Shown here: positions 39,906 to 55,746 of the stretch, piece by piece
Layout of the letters: the number at the start of each line of letters is the position of its first letter
How positions within the stretch are numbered: the stretch's first letter is position 1
Origin: the human T2T-CHM13v2.0 reference genome, Homo sapiens
Assembly: GCF_009914755.1 (NCBI RefSeq)
Contig: NC_060928.1
Reading direction: 5' to 3' (one strand)
DNA length: 64,000 nucleotides
Translations under genes and position numbers: made by a program
Notes under the pieces: generated by a model
What the model was told of the DNA's origin: nothing
Seen by the model: only the letters and a program-made list of their open reading frames with translations
Databases searched by the model: none

Positions 39906-40339
39906 ATACCAATTATACATTGGCTTGAAAAATCAAGGTAGGAGAGCACAATTAAAGAGTTTCCTAGATTTTCTTTTCTGTACACAGCCATTAATCTTGG
40001 TGCAAATTATCTTTCAGCAGTTACTGACTTTCTTCCATGTACCAAAGGCTGAACTTATTGCTGAAGCTAGAGAGGAATAAAACGATTCCTACTTCTGGGA
40101 GCTCACAGTCTGTTAACAGACAAACAAATATGTAAACAGATTATTGCCATAGAGTATAGCAAACCATTCTTGAGATGAAGGTTAAATGTGTCATAGAGAC
40201 CCCAATATTCAGTGGGTCAAAAAAGATAGAACATTCTTTTTCTGTAACAGTGCAGAGGTAGGTGAGCAATCCAGGATGGGTAGGCAGCTCTACTCTAGAA
40301 AGCTACTAATGAGAGTGATTATCATTGATAATAATATTG

Positions 40340-40590
40340 ATTATTATTATAGGTAGCATTAACTGGCACTTACTATGTGATAAGCTCAGTTTCAAGTCCT
40401 CAGGTATAATAACTCTTTTAATTATTACAAAAGCCACATTTTTAAGGCACTGTTTCCCCATTTTAGAGATAGGAAAACTGAGGCACAGATTGGTTAAGTC
40501 ATTTACCCAAGTTCACATAGCTAGGAAGTGACTCAGCTGGGCTTTGAACCCCAGCGATCTGAACCTATGCTGTTAACCACCATGCTATAC
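40340..40590 (-). mobile_element. MIRb-like SINE
   Basis: ccccattttagagataggaaaactgaggcacagattggttaagtcatttacccaagttcacatagctaggaagtg. Confidence 0.9.
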
Positions 40591-42159
40591 TTAGATAAGC
40601 CAGTTGACACAGTGGGTAGTCATGGTTGGTATAGGAATATCACTGATTTGCAGATCTGGGTGGACATTTGATACCTTTAAACTAAGTTCTTTTAGCTCAT
40701 AAACTAAGGTGATATTAGTGTACTTGGTGCTTGTGGGAAGGCTCCATTGCCTTCTTATATAATTTTATGTTCTATATGTATCAAGATTCATTGAAGCAAT
40801 TCTCCTAATTTTTGTGTGTCTCTATTTTCTTCTGTATTCAATAAAGGGAGTACCAGTTCAAAAAAAAAAATCAGTGATAACTGTTCACATGTGTTATCCT
40901 CCCAAGCTGGCTTTTTGTGGGTCTTCAACTTACTTAGAATGTGTAATACTGACACTAGCCCACACTAAGTGCTTGTTAAGTGGCTTCTTGCTGAGCAAAT
41001 ATAGACTAATGCCCTTTGTAGAGCTCCTCTCTCTTGAACTCCCATGAGACACATAGCGTATGGTTCTTCTTGTCCCCTGCGTTTGCCCTGCTGCTCTTAC
41101 TCAGACCAAGACAATGTCTGAAGGTTCCTTTCCCTCAGCTGCTCCTTGAAGAAGGCTGGATTTACCAAAGAGGACAAAAGATGTTTTTTTTTGTTTTTTG
41201 TTTTTTCTTTTTTTTTAGCGTAGCATTTTTGCTTCCCCCCACTTCCCTGCAGCACCCCTGTAATAGTCACACAGGATGGTTTGGCAAATATAAACCTAAT
41301 CTAAAACTTCAAATTTTTTTTTTCCTTGAGTAGGCACAGTCAGAATGTGGGAAATGCCATTTTTATTACTGTCTACTACCTTTTCTCCTTTTATCAGAGC
41401 ATTGGATCCTTTGAGGCTTATACCATGTTAGTTTTCTAGTGGGGATAATTTTAGTTTTTCTTAAAATATTGTGACTGTTGTCCTACTTTTCTCCCTCACC
41501 TGTGATAATTTTTTTCCCTATAGAGAAGAAAAATTAAAAGATGGTGGATGGGAGTAGCTTCTAAACATTCTATCAGTTGCTTGTGGAATGCCTCTGGATT
41601 TTGAGCCAGCTCTTTAATAAAGAGGCTAGGCAGGTGCTAAAAGATTCTTGGAGATGCTTTCTTCTTGGGGCCATTGTATCTGGTTAATTCTCAACCTTGT
41701 TGAATCGTATGAGGGTGCTTTGTGTGCAAGATGTCTGACAAGACAGAAGAAAAGAAGGAACTGGGCAGTGTCAGTTTACTGAAGTTGGGAAGTCTTCACT
41801 GGGAAATTTAGGTGCAGATTGTGATCCGGGCTGGGATTGCTGCATCCAGTACAAAGAGGGTTTTAAGACTCCAACCAGCCGAACAAGGGGGAGTTGTAAA
41901 TTGCAGGCTGCCCTCTTGTTCCTTGAGTACAATTGACTTGAGCCATTCAGAATGAGTTAAGTAATTTTTTCAGCCATCATGCATTCATCATATTTGCTCC
42001 AACAATGTTCCTGAGGTCTGGTAGTAAATGGGGAGCAGGAATTTCAATTTCCCTGACTGGGTCTACTTTTCATTAACCATATTACTTCTGGCAAATTGTT
42101 TTACCTCTGTTCTCTCTCCCTACAACAAAGCTAATTATGGCTCATGGAGTTCATGGGCT

Positions 42160-42390
42160 GGCGCAGGGGATGGCATTGTTAGTGTGCTGTAATGGAGTTT
42201 GAATCTCGACTCTGCCGCTTACCTGGTGTCGCCTTTGTCAAGTTGCTTAACCTCTCAGCTTTAGATGCCACTTCTCAAATGGAGACAGTAACGTGCACCT
42301 CACAGGGTTGTGGCAAGGATTAAATAAGGTATTGCATGAACATCACTAACCACAACGTATAGCACATAGTAGGTGCCCATTAAATTATAA
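42160..42390 (+). mobile_element. MIR SINE
   Basis: gagtttgaatctcgactctgccgcttacc...acctcacagggttgtggcaaggattaaataagg...agcacatagtaggtgc. Confidence 0.8.
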
Positions 42391-42611
42391 TTATTATTGT
42401 ATTTTATTATTATCAAGCCCTCAAATGGATGAGATGCTAGCAAAATATCAACAGAGGTGCAAGGAATGTTCTTTTGTGAAAATATCTTGACCATTGCTAC
42501 TTAACAGCACCATTTTTCAATGCAGTAGTAATTGTTATATTAGCGTCAAATGTTTTCTTCAGAGGATTATTTTCACAACTGAAACAAGAACTTGGGACAC
42601 CATCTGAGTTG

Positions 42612-42850
42612 ACAGTGTAATGCAGTGGAAAGGCATAGGTTCAGGAGTTACACAGATCTAGCTTTGAATTCTGGTGCTGCCATTTACTAACTATGCTCTT
42701 GAAAAAGTTAATTAACTTCTCCAAGCCTCAGTTTACTTGTTCCCTAAAATGGGGATGAGATAGTAATATTGATCTAAGTAAGGCTTATTTTGAGAATTTG
42801 AGCTAATATATAAAGTTAATAAAGTCCTGCACATAATATGTGATTAACTA
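42612..42850 (+). mobile_element. MIR SINE
   Basis: cagtgtaatgcagtggaaaggcatagg...aacttctccaagcctcagttt...taaaatggggat. Confidence 0.8.
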
Positions 42851-42899
42851 ATAGAACATGACAAAATGTTGCCACATGCTTTCTGAGGGTGTTTTTAAA

Positions 42900-43405
42900 T
42901 GTCATTTTGAGCTTCCAAGATCCCTCAATTGGGTCTCCTGTTATTCTGTTTTTAAAGCAACTAATTCGTTTCTTTCCTAGCACTTAGTCACAATTTGCCT
43001 TCATACCCTTATTTGTACGTTTGTTTACTATTTATCTTCTCCCCCTATGTTAAAGGCTGGGTTTGTGTCTGTTTTGTTCACCATTATATAAATAGCTACA
43101 AAGAGTTTGACATATAGTTGGTGCTTAGTAAATCTTTGCTAAATGAATGTATGAAAGGTTAGCCAACAACCGGTAGTGATATTTCTCCTCTGTAAGCACA
43201 TATAATTTACTTGTCACTTCATTTCATGTTGCATTTTAGCATCACCTGTTGTCTTGTTAATTAGCTCTTGTAAAATGGCTAATTATTTTCATATACCCTC
43301 CAATAGGTTGTAAGCCCCTTAAGTGCTGCCGCCATAGATGAGATCTGCATCTCTCACAGATTGTACAGTGCTTTGCATAGTAATTATTTGTTGAATAAAT
43401 GAACC
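42900..43405 (+). mobile_element. Two L2 3'-end fragments
   Basis: tagcacttagtcacaattt...catatagttggtgcttagtaaatctttgctaaatgaatg; ttgtaagccccttaag...atttgttgaataaatgaa. Confidence 0.6.
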
Positions 43406-46400
43406 AGCAAAGGAAAGGAAAAAAATGCATCCTGGGGATTTCACCAAGGATTAAACTTTGAGGAAATGCCCGAATGCATTCAGAACACTCTCATTGTCGT
43501 TTTCATCTATTATGTTGTAATAGTGATAACTGATGATCAGAGAGATGAGATGGAAGGTCAGGATCACCTCTGATACCATCCTCATTATTCTTTATATGCC
43601 ATCTGAGTAGCTCTAGCTTCATGTCACGGGTGGCCCCACAGTCACACTGCATCCTCAGGTGAAATTGCTCTGCCTTTGAATTCCTTTCTCAGGCCACCTC
43701 CCTCCTCTCTCATGAGGAGCTGCTCTTTTTTCTTCCTTTGGCTTCTGGCATCCCATTCCACTCTCTCTCTCTCAGTTCTCATTTTCATTTTTAATGTCTG
43801 TCTTTATTTACCAGTCTTAGGCACAGTCAAGTTCACAATGAACCAGCAATTTTAGGGCTCACGAATCTCTTTGCGGGCCTTCCTTACCTATGAGGTAGCT
43901 TGTCTGTGATTGGTTCTCTTTTTGCTCTGAATTGATGCCTCAAAAACTATGAACTCTAACTTCAGCTGGACCTTCACTGCTGGTAAGCAATCTTTTGTTA
44001 ATTAAAAAAAATAAAATAACTGCAATTTCACATCAATTCTGCTTTCCTCGAGCTCACCCTCCCTGTCCCTCTCAGGGTGGTTCAGTAATTTGCCCAAGGC
44101 CACAGGCCTATATCTGCCAGAATGGAGATTTGAACCTGGGCCCTGTAGCTCCAGAGTCCCTTAATCACCATTCTCTACTGCCTCTTTATGTGTTTTACAT
44201 GTGCCCACACAAAATATATAGTATAATGTTTTAATGATTTTCTTTTACATAAATATCATATACTATGCTTAGAATTCTTCAACTTGCTCTTTTTCATGCA
44301 ACAAAACATTTTGGAGCTGGAGTTACTGTTAACTCCCACCTCCACCCCCACACCTACCACCACTTCTTGCCACATTCAATGCTTTACAGCTTCCACGGGG
44401 ACTCCCTTTGTAGCTTCTCTTACCACTCTTTCCATGGCTGGGGCCGCCACCATCCTCAGGTTCTTTGCCTAGCCTGTGAGTGTCGCCTCCTGGCTGGAAA
44501 AAATAAAATTAGCACCTGCTATGAAGCCACCCTCTCCTGCTGCTGGCTGTGCTCTCCAGCACATCGCTGTAGCCTTTTCTCACAGTCTGACTTCAGCCTT
44601 CTTTCCTCCCTCCTCACATAATACTGTGGCTCCCTGTTTCCTATCCACTTCAATACAGGCTCGTTGACCCGGCCCTTAAGAGCACCATCATGCAGCCCCA
44701 TCCCATCTTGCTAGCTGTATCTACACTTACCCTAAAAGCTTCTCTATGCTTTTACATGACCATTTCTTTCCTCATGTCATTTCTCAAGTCAAGAATAGCT
44801 TCCTTCCGTCTTTACCTTAAATGCCTTTTCCAGTATTTAAGATGGGCCTTGACTTCTGACCTCTCATTTAGGTGATCTCCTGCTCCCTCTGACCTTCTCT
44901 CTCCCCTTCCACAGCATCCCCCTGTGTGTTTCCTGCCTCACTGTTTCCCTGTAGTGTCTGTATCTGCGTGCTTGTATTAGGCCTGTTGCAGACTGCACAT
45001 TCCTTGCCCTTCTGGTTACAGATTTCATCTCCTGGCTTAGTGCACCAACGATAGTGAAAGCTGTATGTGTAGTTATTGGTTTTAATGAGATAGAATCATC
45101 TAGGAAAAGTTGTTCTATTTAACATATGTTATTTACCAAGATGGGAAAAAACAGACAAATACATTTTTAGAAACATTTGCAGTAAGATATGACATGAACA
45201 GTGTTTGTGTTTAACCAGAAATTTTCATTTAATGAAACAGCATAGGCTTTGTAATTTCTGGCTAAGTGACTGACAAACACTTTTTTTCTGACCTAGCCAT
45301 ACCTGTTAACACTTTGGAAATTTGTTTTTAGTTAGTTTCTAATCTTGGTAGATAAGCTGAATTTTGAAAACTAAAAATTAAAATATAACAATGTCAGGAT
45401 CCAAAGAAGATGGATTGTCATATTTCACTCTGACACTAAACAACTAATTTTAAAAAGTAAGATTTTTTTAGTGCATGAATAAATTAGTTTTCTTTCAGTT
45501 TTATTTTTTAATATTATTTTACAATAATACTAAGCTTATCTAATTTTTAAAAGTCACCATTTTTTTTTTACATCACCTCTTTCCATTAATTTTATTAGCC
45601 TGAAGAACATTAGTCTATTGAGAGTCTTTTGTGGAGTTCTTGATTGAAGAGCTCTTTGGGGCCCCTTTATATTTTAAAACTGCACTTTTCCTCAAAGTCT
45701 TATTATTTTGGATTGAATTTAGAGGTGATCATATGATAAAAATAGTGCCCTTGCGGTCTCTGTGTTGGCAGGAGTATTTTATCCATGACACCCAAAAAAG
45801 AGAAACACACTGTGAAATGTTATTTTAGAAGATGGGTGCGAATCTTTGTCCACAGCTCAGGTGTGCTCGAAAGGCTGACTTCGGTTTTACAACTCTGCTC
45901 AGTTTCTGACTTTGTGTCTCCATGCTGTCAGATGTGCAGAACAATACCCTCAGTCTTTCTGATGTATCCTTTAGTCTTCCTGGGGTTTTGTCACAGTCTG
46001 AGGTCTTACACAATGTGAGGTCTTCTAGGTCTTTAAGGAGGTGGCTCATCTCTCTCTTGAGCGCAAGCCAGTTCCCAGCAGATACCTTTGTCCCATACCC
46101 CAAGCCTCTTGGGTTTAGGAATCTGCTACTTCTGCTCCAACCTTGAAACATTGGGATCTATCCTGATGCTGTTGTCTCCTGACACTGTTGTTCCCTCCCT
46201 AGGGTGCTATGGACATGAAATGGAGGAGTCTTGTCACCTCCCGGAGGAGGTCCTTTACTCTCCAGATGCCCTTTACTCTTGAGACTCCCTCACTTGCATC
46301 TCCTCCCTCTTTACAATTACTGGGAAGCTCCCCCATTCCCAGTCCCATTCCCAAGAGGCATCCTGCCTTCTACACATGAGAGGCATCTTGGAATTGAAAC

Positions 46401-48256
46401 TGAGAAGCAAAATATCTTTTCCAGTTATTTCATACAGGTATTTTGACTTCACTTGAGTGCTTCACTCATTCTTACTCAACTCACGTCTTTCTATAAGGTG
46501 CATAAAGTTGGGGTTGTGTTTACTGATTAGTGTTAAGCACTAACAAATCTTAACAGGCGGCACTATGTGATTTTTTAAGACATTCTCATTTCTTACTGGG
46601 AGGCTATGGAGAAAGTGCTCCTCATTTAAAACACAATTTTAGAAAACCATCATGGGTAAAAATGACAAGGCTGGTTGAAGTAATAGAAAACATTTCTATA
46701 TGCATTACACTGTTATTCTCAAGGTGCTTAATATTTCTTACTAATGCTTATCATCAGTTACTGTGTGCATTCAGCTTCACTGTACAGATGGTGTAACTGG
46801 GTGCTACGTGACTAACTCTTGATTGCCACGTCCCTTGGTGTCTCCTCTGTCTCCCGTGTTTCAACTGAACACACAGCTGAATCCGGGAGATCAGAATAGC
46901 AGCTTCTTTTATTTTTAGGACCAGTCTCTGATGCTTTGACTCTCTGAATGAGCCTCATGTTTCCCAGGAGCTCTCTGTAAATTAAATTTTGCTGTGTTTA
47001 CTGCTTTAACTTGGAAATGTGTTGGCTCATGTTCTTGACTACAAGAAATCACAGTCCACTTAGGTCACATAAAAAACCTTACTATTAATTTAGCGCTTGG
47101 CAAACATACCTATGTCCATGGATCTCTTCCATATTTGGTAGGATCATGGAACCTGCTTAATGAAGACTTGAATGCCATTTGAATATACAAGAGGATTATG
47201 TGTCTGAGAAGAAGATAATGAGATGTAACACTTCCTACCAATGATGGCAGTGCAAATACAAGCTCCAAACTCCCATCCCGCTCTACAAGATCCTTTGTTT
47301 TCCTGTAACCAGGCATAGTTATCTACCTGGGATATAACCAGTATGGAAGGGAGGGAAAAGATAGAAGGGGTGCACTCACTCAGCTCTCTCAAAAATGCTG
47401 AGCATACCAACTGTCTAACAATTAAGATAAGCCAAGTATTTGGCTGACTAGCACTGGTCATCTTCATGCATTAAAGTCACCTGGAATATAATTTGTCCTG
47501 GGGATAAAATGACAGGATTATAAATCTTTAACCAGGCTTTTAAAAATCTGGTAAGATGGGAAGCTGAATTAGGTCAGAAGTCTTAGGCAACAGAACACAG
47601 TCTAAATCTTGAGCCATTTGCTTTGGGAATACCTGTGTAGGAATAGTTGTTGGGATGAATGTTTTCATTTGGAAACAAAACATAAACCCTAAATGTAAAT
47701 CACTGAATTTTCTTCTAGCAGCATCAGAATAATGCATTACATTCATGCACAGGCTGCGGTATTATTGAGGCAGAAAGGCATTACTGTATTCAGTAATGTG
47801 CTGTGAAGATTTTCATTATTGCATCTCAGCAGGCTTGGTTCTAGGCAGAAAGATGAAGTGGGTGAAATCAGCCTTTGCTACTTCCTGCAAATGCAGGCTG
47901 GCTGCTCTCCACCGGCCCCATCCGGACACTGCCCATCAGGCTCCTGGCTTCTTATCCCATCGCCTGGAGGCTACTTTTTGTTGGGGCGGGGAGCAAGATT
48001 TACATTTGGGCTCTTTCAGTATTTATACTTCTGGCTCCCATTAATTAACACATTTTCTAATGAATTGACTGTGATCTCCTGTTACTGTCTAATTGCTTTT
48101 ACTGTTCTTTTCTTGGTCAGACCAGCACTACTGGAGAGACTCCCAGGAGTTTCTCTGGGTGGCAACATCTCCCATCTGTGTGCCCCGGTAAGGAGGGACA
48201 CACTTACTCTGCCATTGAATGCACCCTCAGTTTATTGGCCTTGACTCTGGTCTGGC

Positions 48257-48715
48257 TGTGTCAGCTAATGCTCCAGCAGGAAGGTCTACAGACCTGAACT
48301 GGGTGATTTGAGGAGAGTTCAATAAGGGGACTCTTTTCAGAGGTGAGGGCAGGGCATTGTATACGGAAACCACAGGAATAGTGCAATATCCTAGGGGTAG
48401 TTACAGCAGGGAGCCAATATTAATTCTACATCTGAAAGGGAAAGGAAGAAGAGCATTTCTGGGAACCTGGAAGCAGAGCCAGCTCTGTGGAGAGGGTCAT
48501 CTTACAGGAATTGTGGCTTCAGATGAGAGACCTGGCCAGATCATGATGCACAGTAGGAAGGGAGGCAGGAAGGAAATGGCCACCCTTTCCACCCTCCCTC
48601 TGATCTTCTGCCAGTCCTCCTCTTTGGCCAAATCCTTCTGGAAGCCTGCTGACGTGGTCCATGCAGGCCAGCATGCCTTGGCTGAGAGCATGGGTAGATG
48701 GAAATGTCCAGCACA
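48257..48715 (-). mobile_element. LTR33-like ERVL LTR
   Basis: gggtgatttgaggagagttcaataaggggact...ccctctgatcttctgcc...ttggccaaatcc...atgtccagcaca terminus. Confidence 0.75.
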
Positions 48716-49148
48716 AGGGCTCTCAAGCATGTGACACCATTACATCCCTAAGAGACACTAGGTTGCCGTCTCTTGGTGAGTGCCATTTTGCAAATCAATT
48801 GGATTAAGATCTCAGTTGCTCAGACATTAGTGAATTGAATGTCAAATACTACTTTGACTATCAGGGGAATTTTTATGTTGATGCCCACGAAATTAAGGGT
48901 AATAATACCTGTAGTTGGTTATACCCTGGTTCAGAAATGAAGTAATTTTTCTTTTGCAGTTAGCTTCCTATTATATGTGAGATAGCATTACTTCATGTAT
49001 CAACATCTATGCAAATTGGCAATTTAAGAAAAAGGACTGAAAACTAGGAAGGCTAGAATGTCATAGAATCTTGGACTTGGAATACAGCATCCCATTTGTT
49101 CTCCTACTTAGAGCAGAAATCCCTTTTAAAGTGCCTGCAGTAATCATT
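48679..49148 (+). repeat. Left arm (source) of a ~460-bp inverted duplication
   Basis: Reverse complement of 51070-51527; hand alignment gives about 33 substitutions plus two indels (9 and 3 bp). Confidence 0.97.
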
Positions 49149-49410
49149 GCGCCCCTCCCATTGTGAGTATGAGGACTCGCAATTCCACCCATTCCCATTG
49201 CCATCAGGTGTAAATGTTATAAAGAGTTTCCTTACACTGGGCAGAAATCAACTCACTGTTCCTTTCACCAGTTGTTCTGATTTTTCCCTGAAGAGCTACA
49301 TTGCTTAAATCTCATCATCCTTCAAATATGTGAAGACAGCCATCATTTCTCCCTGACACCTTCTCATTTCCAGGCGAAACATTCCCAGTTTCTGCAACCT
49401 GTCCTCATAA
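49056..49410 (-). mobile_element. L3/CR1 LINE 3' end
   Basis: agaatgtcatagaatcttggacttggaa...ccttcaaatatgtgaagacagccatcat...ccttctcatttccaggcgaaacattcccagtttctgcaacctgtcctcata. Confidence 0.75.
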
Positions 49411-49892
49411 GTACAATTTAATTCAACCAACATTTTTTGAGCCCACAGCTATTGGCAAGGCTCCAGGCAGGCACACCTATGAAGCTTACAGTGTGGCTGG
49501 GGAGAGGAATGTAAACACTTATGCAATACAAGATAGAATGGAATGTGTTGAGTAGAAGTTTAACTCACATACTTCTAAGTTTTCATACAAGTTGTTGGTA
49601 AAAATGTTAATAGGAAAGAAACAAGGAAGGGGCCTTGTAGCATGTCAAGAAAGAGCCTTCTTTAGGTTGAGACCAATTAGCTAACTCACATCAATGGGTA
49701 CTACCATTCAACCTACTCTTGGCTTTGGTCATCTTATCTGTCCCATCAAAACATCACAGGGACCTTTGTCTTGTATTGCTGAAACCAAAATTCATTATGT
49801 CTGTCCCAACAATTGCCAATAGGCAGGTTACACACCTCCATAGTGGGAGTGCGTTAGAACCTCAATGGGAGGGAGAGAGAGAGTGATGTGAG

Positions 49893-50015
49893 TTTTTTTT
49901 TTTTTTTTTGAGACAGAGTCTTGCTCTGTTGCCCAGGCTGGAGTGCAGTGGCGCTATCTCAGCTCACTGCAAGCTCCGCCTCCTGGGTTCATGCCATTCT
50001 CCTGCCTCAGCCTCC
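49893..50015 (-). mobile_element. AluY right-arm fragment
   Basis: Poly-T, then gagacagagtcttgctctgttgcccagg...ctgcaagctccgcctcctgggttcatgccattctcctgcctcagcctcc. Confidence 0.93.
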
Positions 50016-50707
50016 TGGAAATGTTTTATATTCACCAGAAGAGGGGGACATGGCTTGAAATATAGTTGAGAAACAAATAATTATACTTAAGTGTTAAAAA
50101 TTATGAAAGCTAAATGGTAGTACATAGGTATTCTTTATGTTATTCTAAATGGTATTTTTGAAATACCTCAATGTTTATGGAAGGAGGAAATAAACACTGC
50201 CTTGGTCCATAGTGGAACCTTAATGGTGGAGTATGGCCATGGGCAACTCATGAGCTGCTGAGACAAGTGGTTGGGGACATTGGTCTATGGTTAGCATTCT
50301 CTTGTTGTACCTGTTCAGTTTCATTGTTAAAATTGTTCTCTCATTGAGTTAAAGCAAAATAAACAGCCATCTCTGGGTGAGGTCAGTTGGGAGTCTCTGG
50401 GTCCTGAATCACTGCTGGCAGGGGTGGCCGTAGGGAAGGCGGGTCTGCCAGCTCTACTTGAGATTATGCTTCCAGCACCTGTAACTCCTGGTTCATCACC
50501 ATCAACACTAAGGCTGAAAATTGCAGCCCTGCCTCTATCTCATACACCTTCTTCCTTTCAGGTGCCTCACCACCTTTTACCTTCCCTCCCCTTACATACG
50601 GATTGGATTGAACACTGTGTATTACTTCCTGGAAGTTACTGAACGCTGTTGATCCTCAGTTTCTGTGTCAGTACAATGGCAGTAATGATACCTAACCTCT
50701 TAGGATT

Positions 50708-51640
50708 TGTATTAGTTTCCTGGGCTGCCATAGCAAATTTCCGCAAACTGGGTGACTTAAAAAAATTAGAAAGTTATTCTCTCAAAGAAATTTTTTCTGT
50801 CTCTGGAGGCCACAGTCTGAAATCAAGGTGTTGTCAAGGCCATGCTCCCTCCCAAAGCTCTAAGGGAGATTCCTTCCTCGCCTCTTCCAGCTTCAGGCAG
50901 CTCCTGGCCTCCTAGGCTTGTGGCAGCATCACTTTAATCTCTGTCTCTGTCTTCTTGTGGCTGTTTTTCTTTCTATGTGTATGTGTGTTCTCTCCTTTTT
51001 TTAAAAAAATAAAGATACCAGTCATTGGGTAGAGGCACTTTACCCAATGATTGGCATTTTTATCGAAAGAATGATTACTGCAGGCACCTTAAAAGGGATT
51101 TCTGCTCTAAGTAGGAGAATAAGTGGGATGTTCTATTCCAGGTCCAAGATTCCATGACATTCTAGGCTTCGTAGTTTTCAGTCCTTTTTCTTAAATTACC
51201 AATTTGTATAGATGTTGATACATGAAGTAGTGATATCTCACATATAAGAAGAAGCTACCTGCAAAAGAAAAATTACTTCATTTCTGAACCAGGGTATAAC
51301 CAACAAGTATTAATTTGGTGGGCATCAACATAAAAATTCCCCTGATAGTCAGTGTAGTATTTGACATTCAATTCACTAATGTCTGAGCAGCTGAGATCTT
51401 AATCCAATTGATTTGCAAAATGACACTCACCAAGAAACAGCAAGCTAGCATCTCTCAGGGGTGTAATGGTGTCATATGCTTGAGAGCCCTTGTGCTGGAC
51501 ATTTCCATTTGCCCCTGCTCTCAGCCAGTGACTGGGGATTAAACTAATTACCTCTACAAAGACCCTATTTCCAAATGAGGGCACATTTTGAGGTTCCAGG
51601 TGCACATAAAATTTGGGGAGACACTATTAAACCCACTACA
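50708..51640 (-). mobile_element. MLT1B-like MaLR LTR (inside a MIR) split by the inverted duplication
   Basis: tgtattagtttcctgggctgcc ... aattacctctacaaagaccctatttccaaat...ggggagacactattaaacccactaca; 5-bp TSD ggatt at 50703-50707 and 51641-51645. Confidence 0.9.
51070..51527 (-). repeat. Right arm (inserted copy) of the inverted duplication
   Basis: Reverse complement of 48679-49148; interrupts the MLT1B. Confidence 0.97.
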
Positions 51641-52596
51641 GGATTATTTTGGGCTTCAAATAGGATACTGTATGTGGAGTACCTACATAGGGTGAGGTAT
51701 AGAGTAGGTATTCAATAAAGGGTAGTTCCCACCCCCTAACTACCGCTGATGCACAGATGTTCGAGGGGAGCGAAGGGCAGCCATGACTATACATTCCTCT
51801 TGGAATTGCCTGTGGTTTGATCTTCAGGACTCTTCAGTATCTCACTGTTCCCACCTACACAATAGGGCTACTCACGTATCAGGAAAGTGTATAGGAACAC
51901 AGAGAATGATGAAGTATTCCTTTTGTTTCTCATTCTGGTGTTGCAGTTGTGGATATAGCAAAGGAAAACTTCTTGAGAATGCAACTTAGAACCAGAAAAT
52001 GGAATGGAATGGGAAAATGCCATTGTTCTCACCGACTGGAAGTGTATCTTCAGTTGAGGCCCTGTTGGATCATTTACATTTTTCTCATTCTTTCAGCCTT
52101 GGGGCCTTTTCTTGACATCTGGCTCTCCACAGAAAAAGCACCTGTGGTGGCCTCTTCTTTTTAATATCACGTGCCAGCAGGTAGGCAGGCAAGTTATGCC
52201 AAGACATGGCTCACAATCTCCTCAGGCCTTGGATGAAAGAAAGTGGAATTCCCCTGAATTAGCAGGAAGTGTTTCATTAAAAATGTGAGTTGTATAAAAC
52301 TCTCTAAAATGTGGAGCTTTGAAAAGCCATTTCTTCCCTGCTCCAGAAAATATATTCAAAATGACATCTCTATAAACTTTGAATGTGTTGTTTGTACAGA
52401 AATCCAAAGAAGGTGAATAAAGGAGGGATTCCAGGTACTTATTTCATCCAAATAATTTATCTAAGGGAATTGACTTTCATCTGGAGGTGGAATAAAACCA
52501 TATATGATTAAGAGACATCTGTTATATGTCTCTAGGCATTTAAGGAATGGAACTGGCAGCCACTTGTGAGACAAATGAATATGACTGTCCCACTGA

Positions 52597-52632
52597 CATA
52601 GGAGCTACCCAGGGCATAGGAGCTACCCAGGG
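52597..52632. repeat. 18-bp perfect tandem duplication
   Basis: cataggagctacccaggg x2. Confidence 0.95.
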
Positions 52633-53022
52633 AAATGCAGGGAGTTGGGCAGTTGGTGCAAGGATGCTGTGGCAATCAGTGGGAGCCATGGAGAGAAGTG
52701 GCTGAAAAGGTTTGGTTAACAAACACTCTTATATATATGAAGCTTGCTTTTTGACTACTAATGATATCACTATACTTACATTAACTTATTCAGCCAACCG
52801 ACACTTAGCATGCTCTCACTGTGTACTAGGCACTAGGATAAAAGTCAGTTCCTACTCCTACGAGGTTCCTAGTCTAGTGGAAGAGATACACAGGTAAACA
52901 TTCATTCATTCAACAACGAATTGAGCATATACAGTGTCTCAGGCTCTGGGTGTGCTGGATGTGGTGAACAGGATAGATGGTGCCTAATGGTATGAAAGCT
53001 TTGATCTAGTGGGGGAAGCAGA

Positions 53023-55066
<2,044 letters not shown>

Positions 55067-55386
55067 TTATATGATGTACCATGTCATATGTGCTGCAGTG
55101 GAAATGTACACGGGGAGCACCTGGGGGCCTGGAAGGGGAGCTTCACCCATACTGAGGCCAGATAAGGAAGGGTTCCTAAGAGAAGCAGAGTCTGGATCTT
55201 AGAAGACAAGTAAGAGGTAACCAGGCAAAGAAGAAGGGTGGGCTCCCAGGTTTCCACTATTTTCCTGGGTGGATGATGATGCTATTCAGCAAAGCAGAGT
55301 GCAGGAGAAAAGTAGGTTTAGGGATAGTGACAGTGAGTTTGATTTGGGTCAGTTTAAGTCTGAGATACTTGAGGAAATCTAAGTTA

Positions 55387-55746
<360 letters not shown>

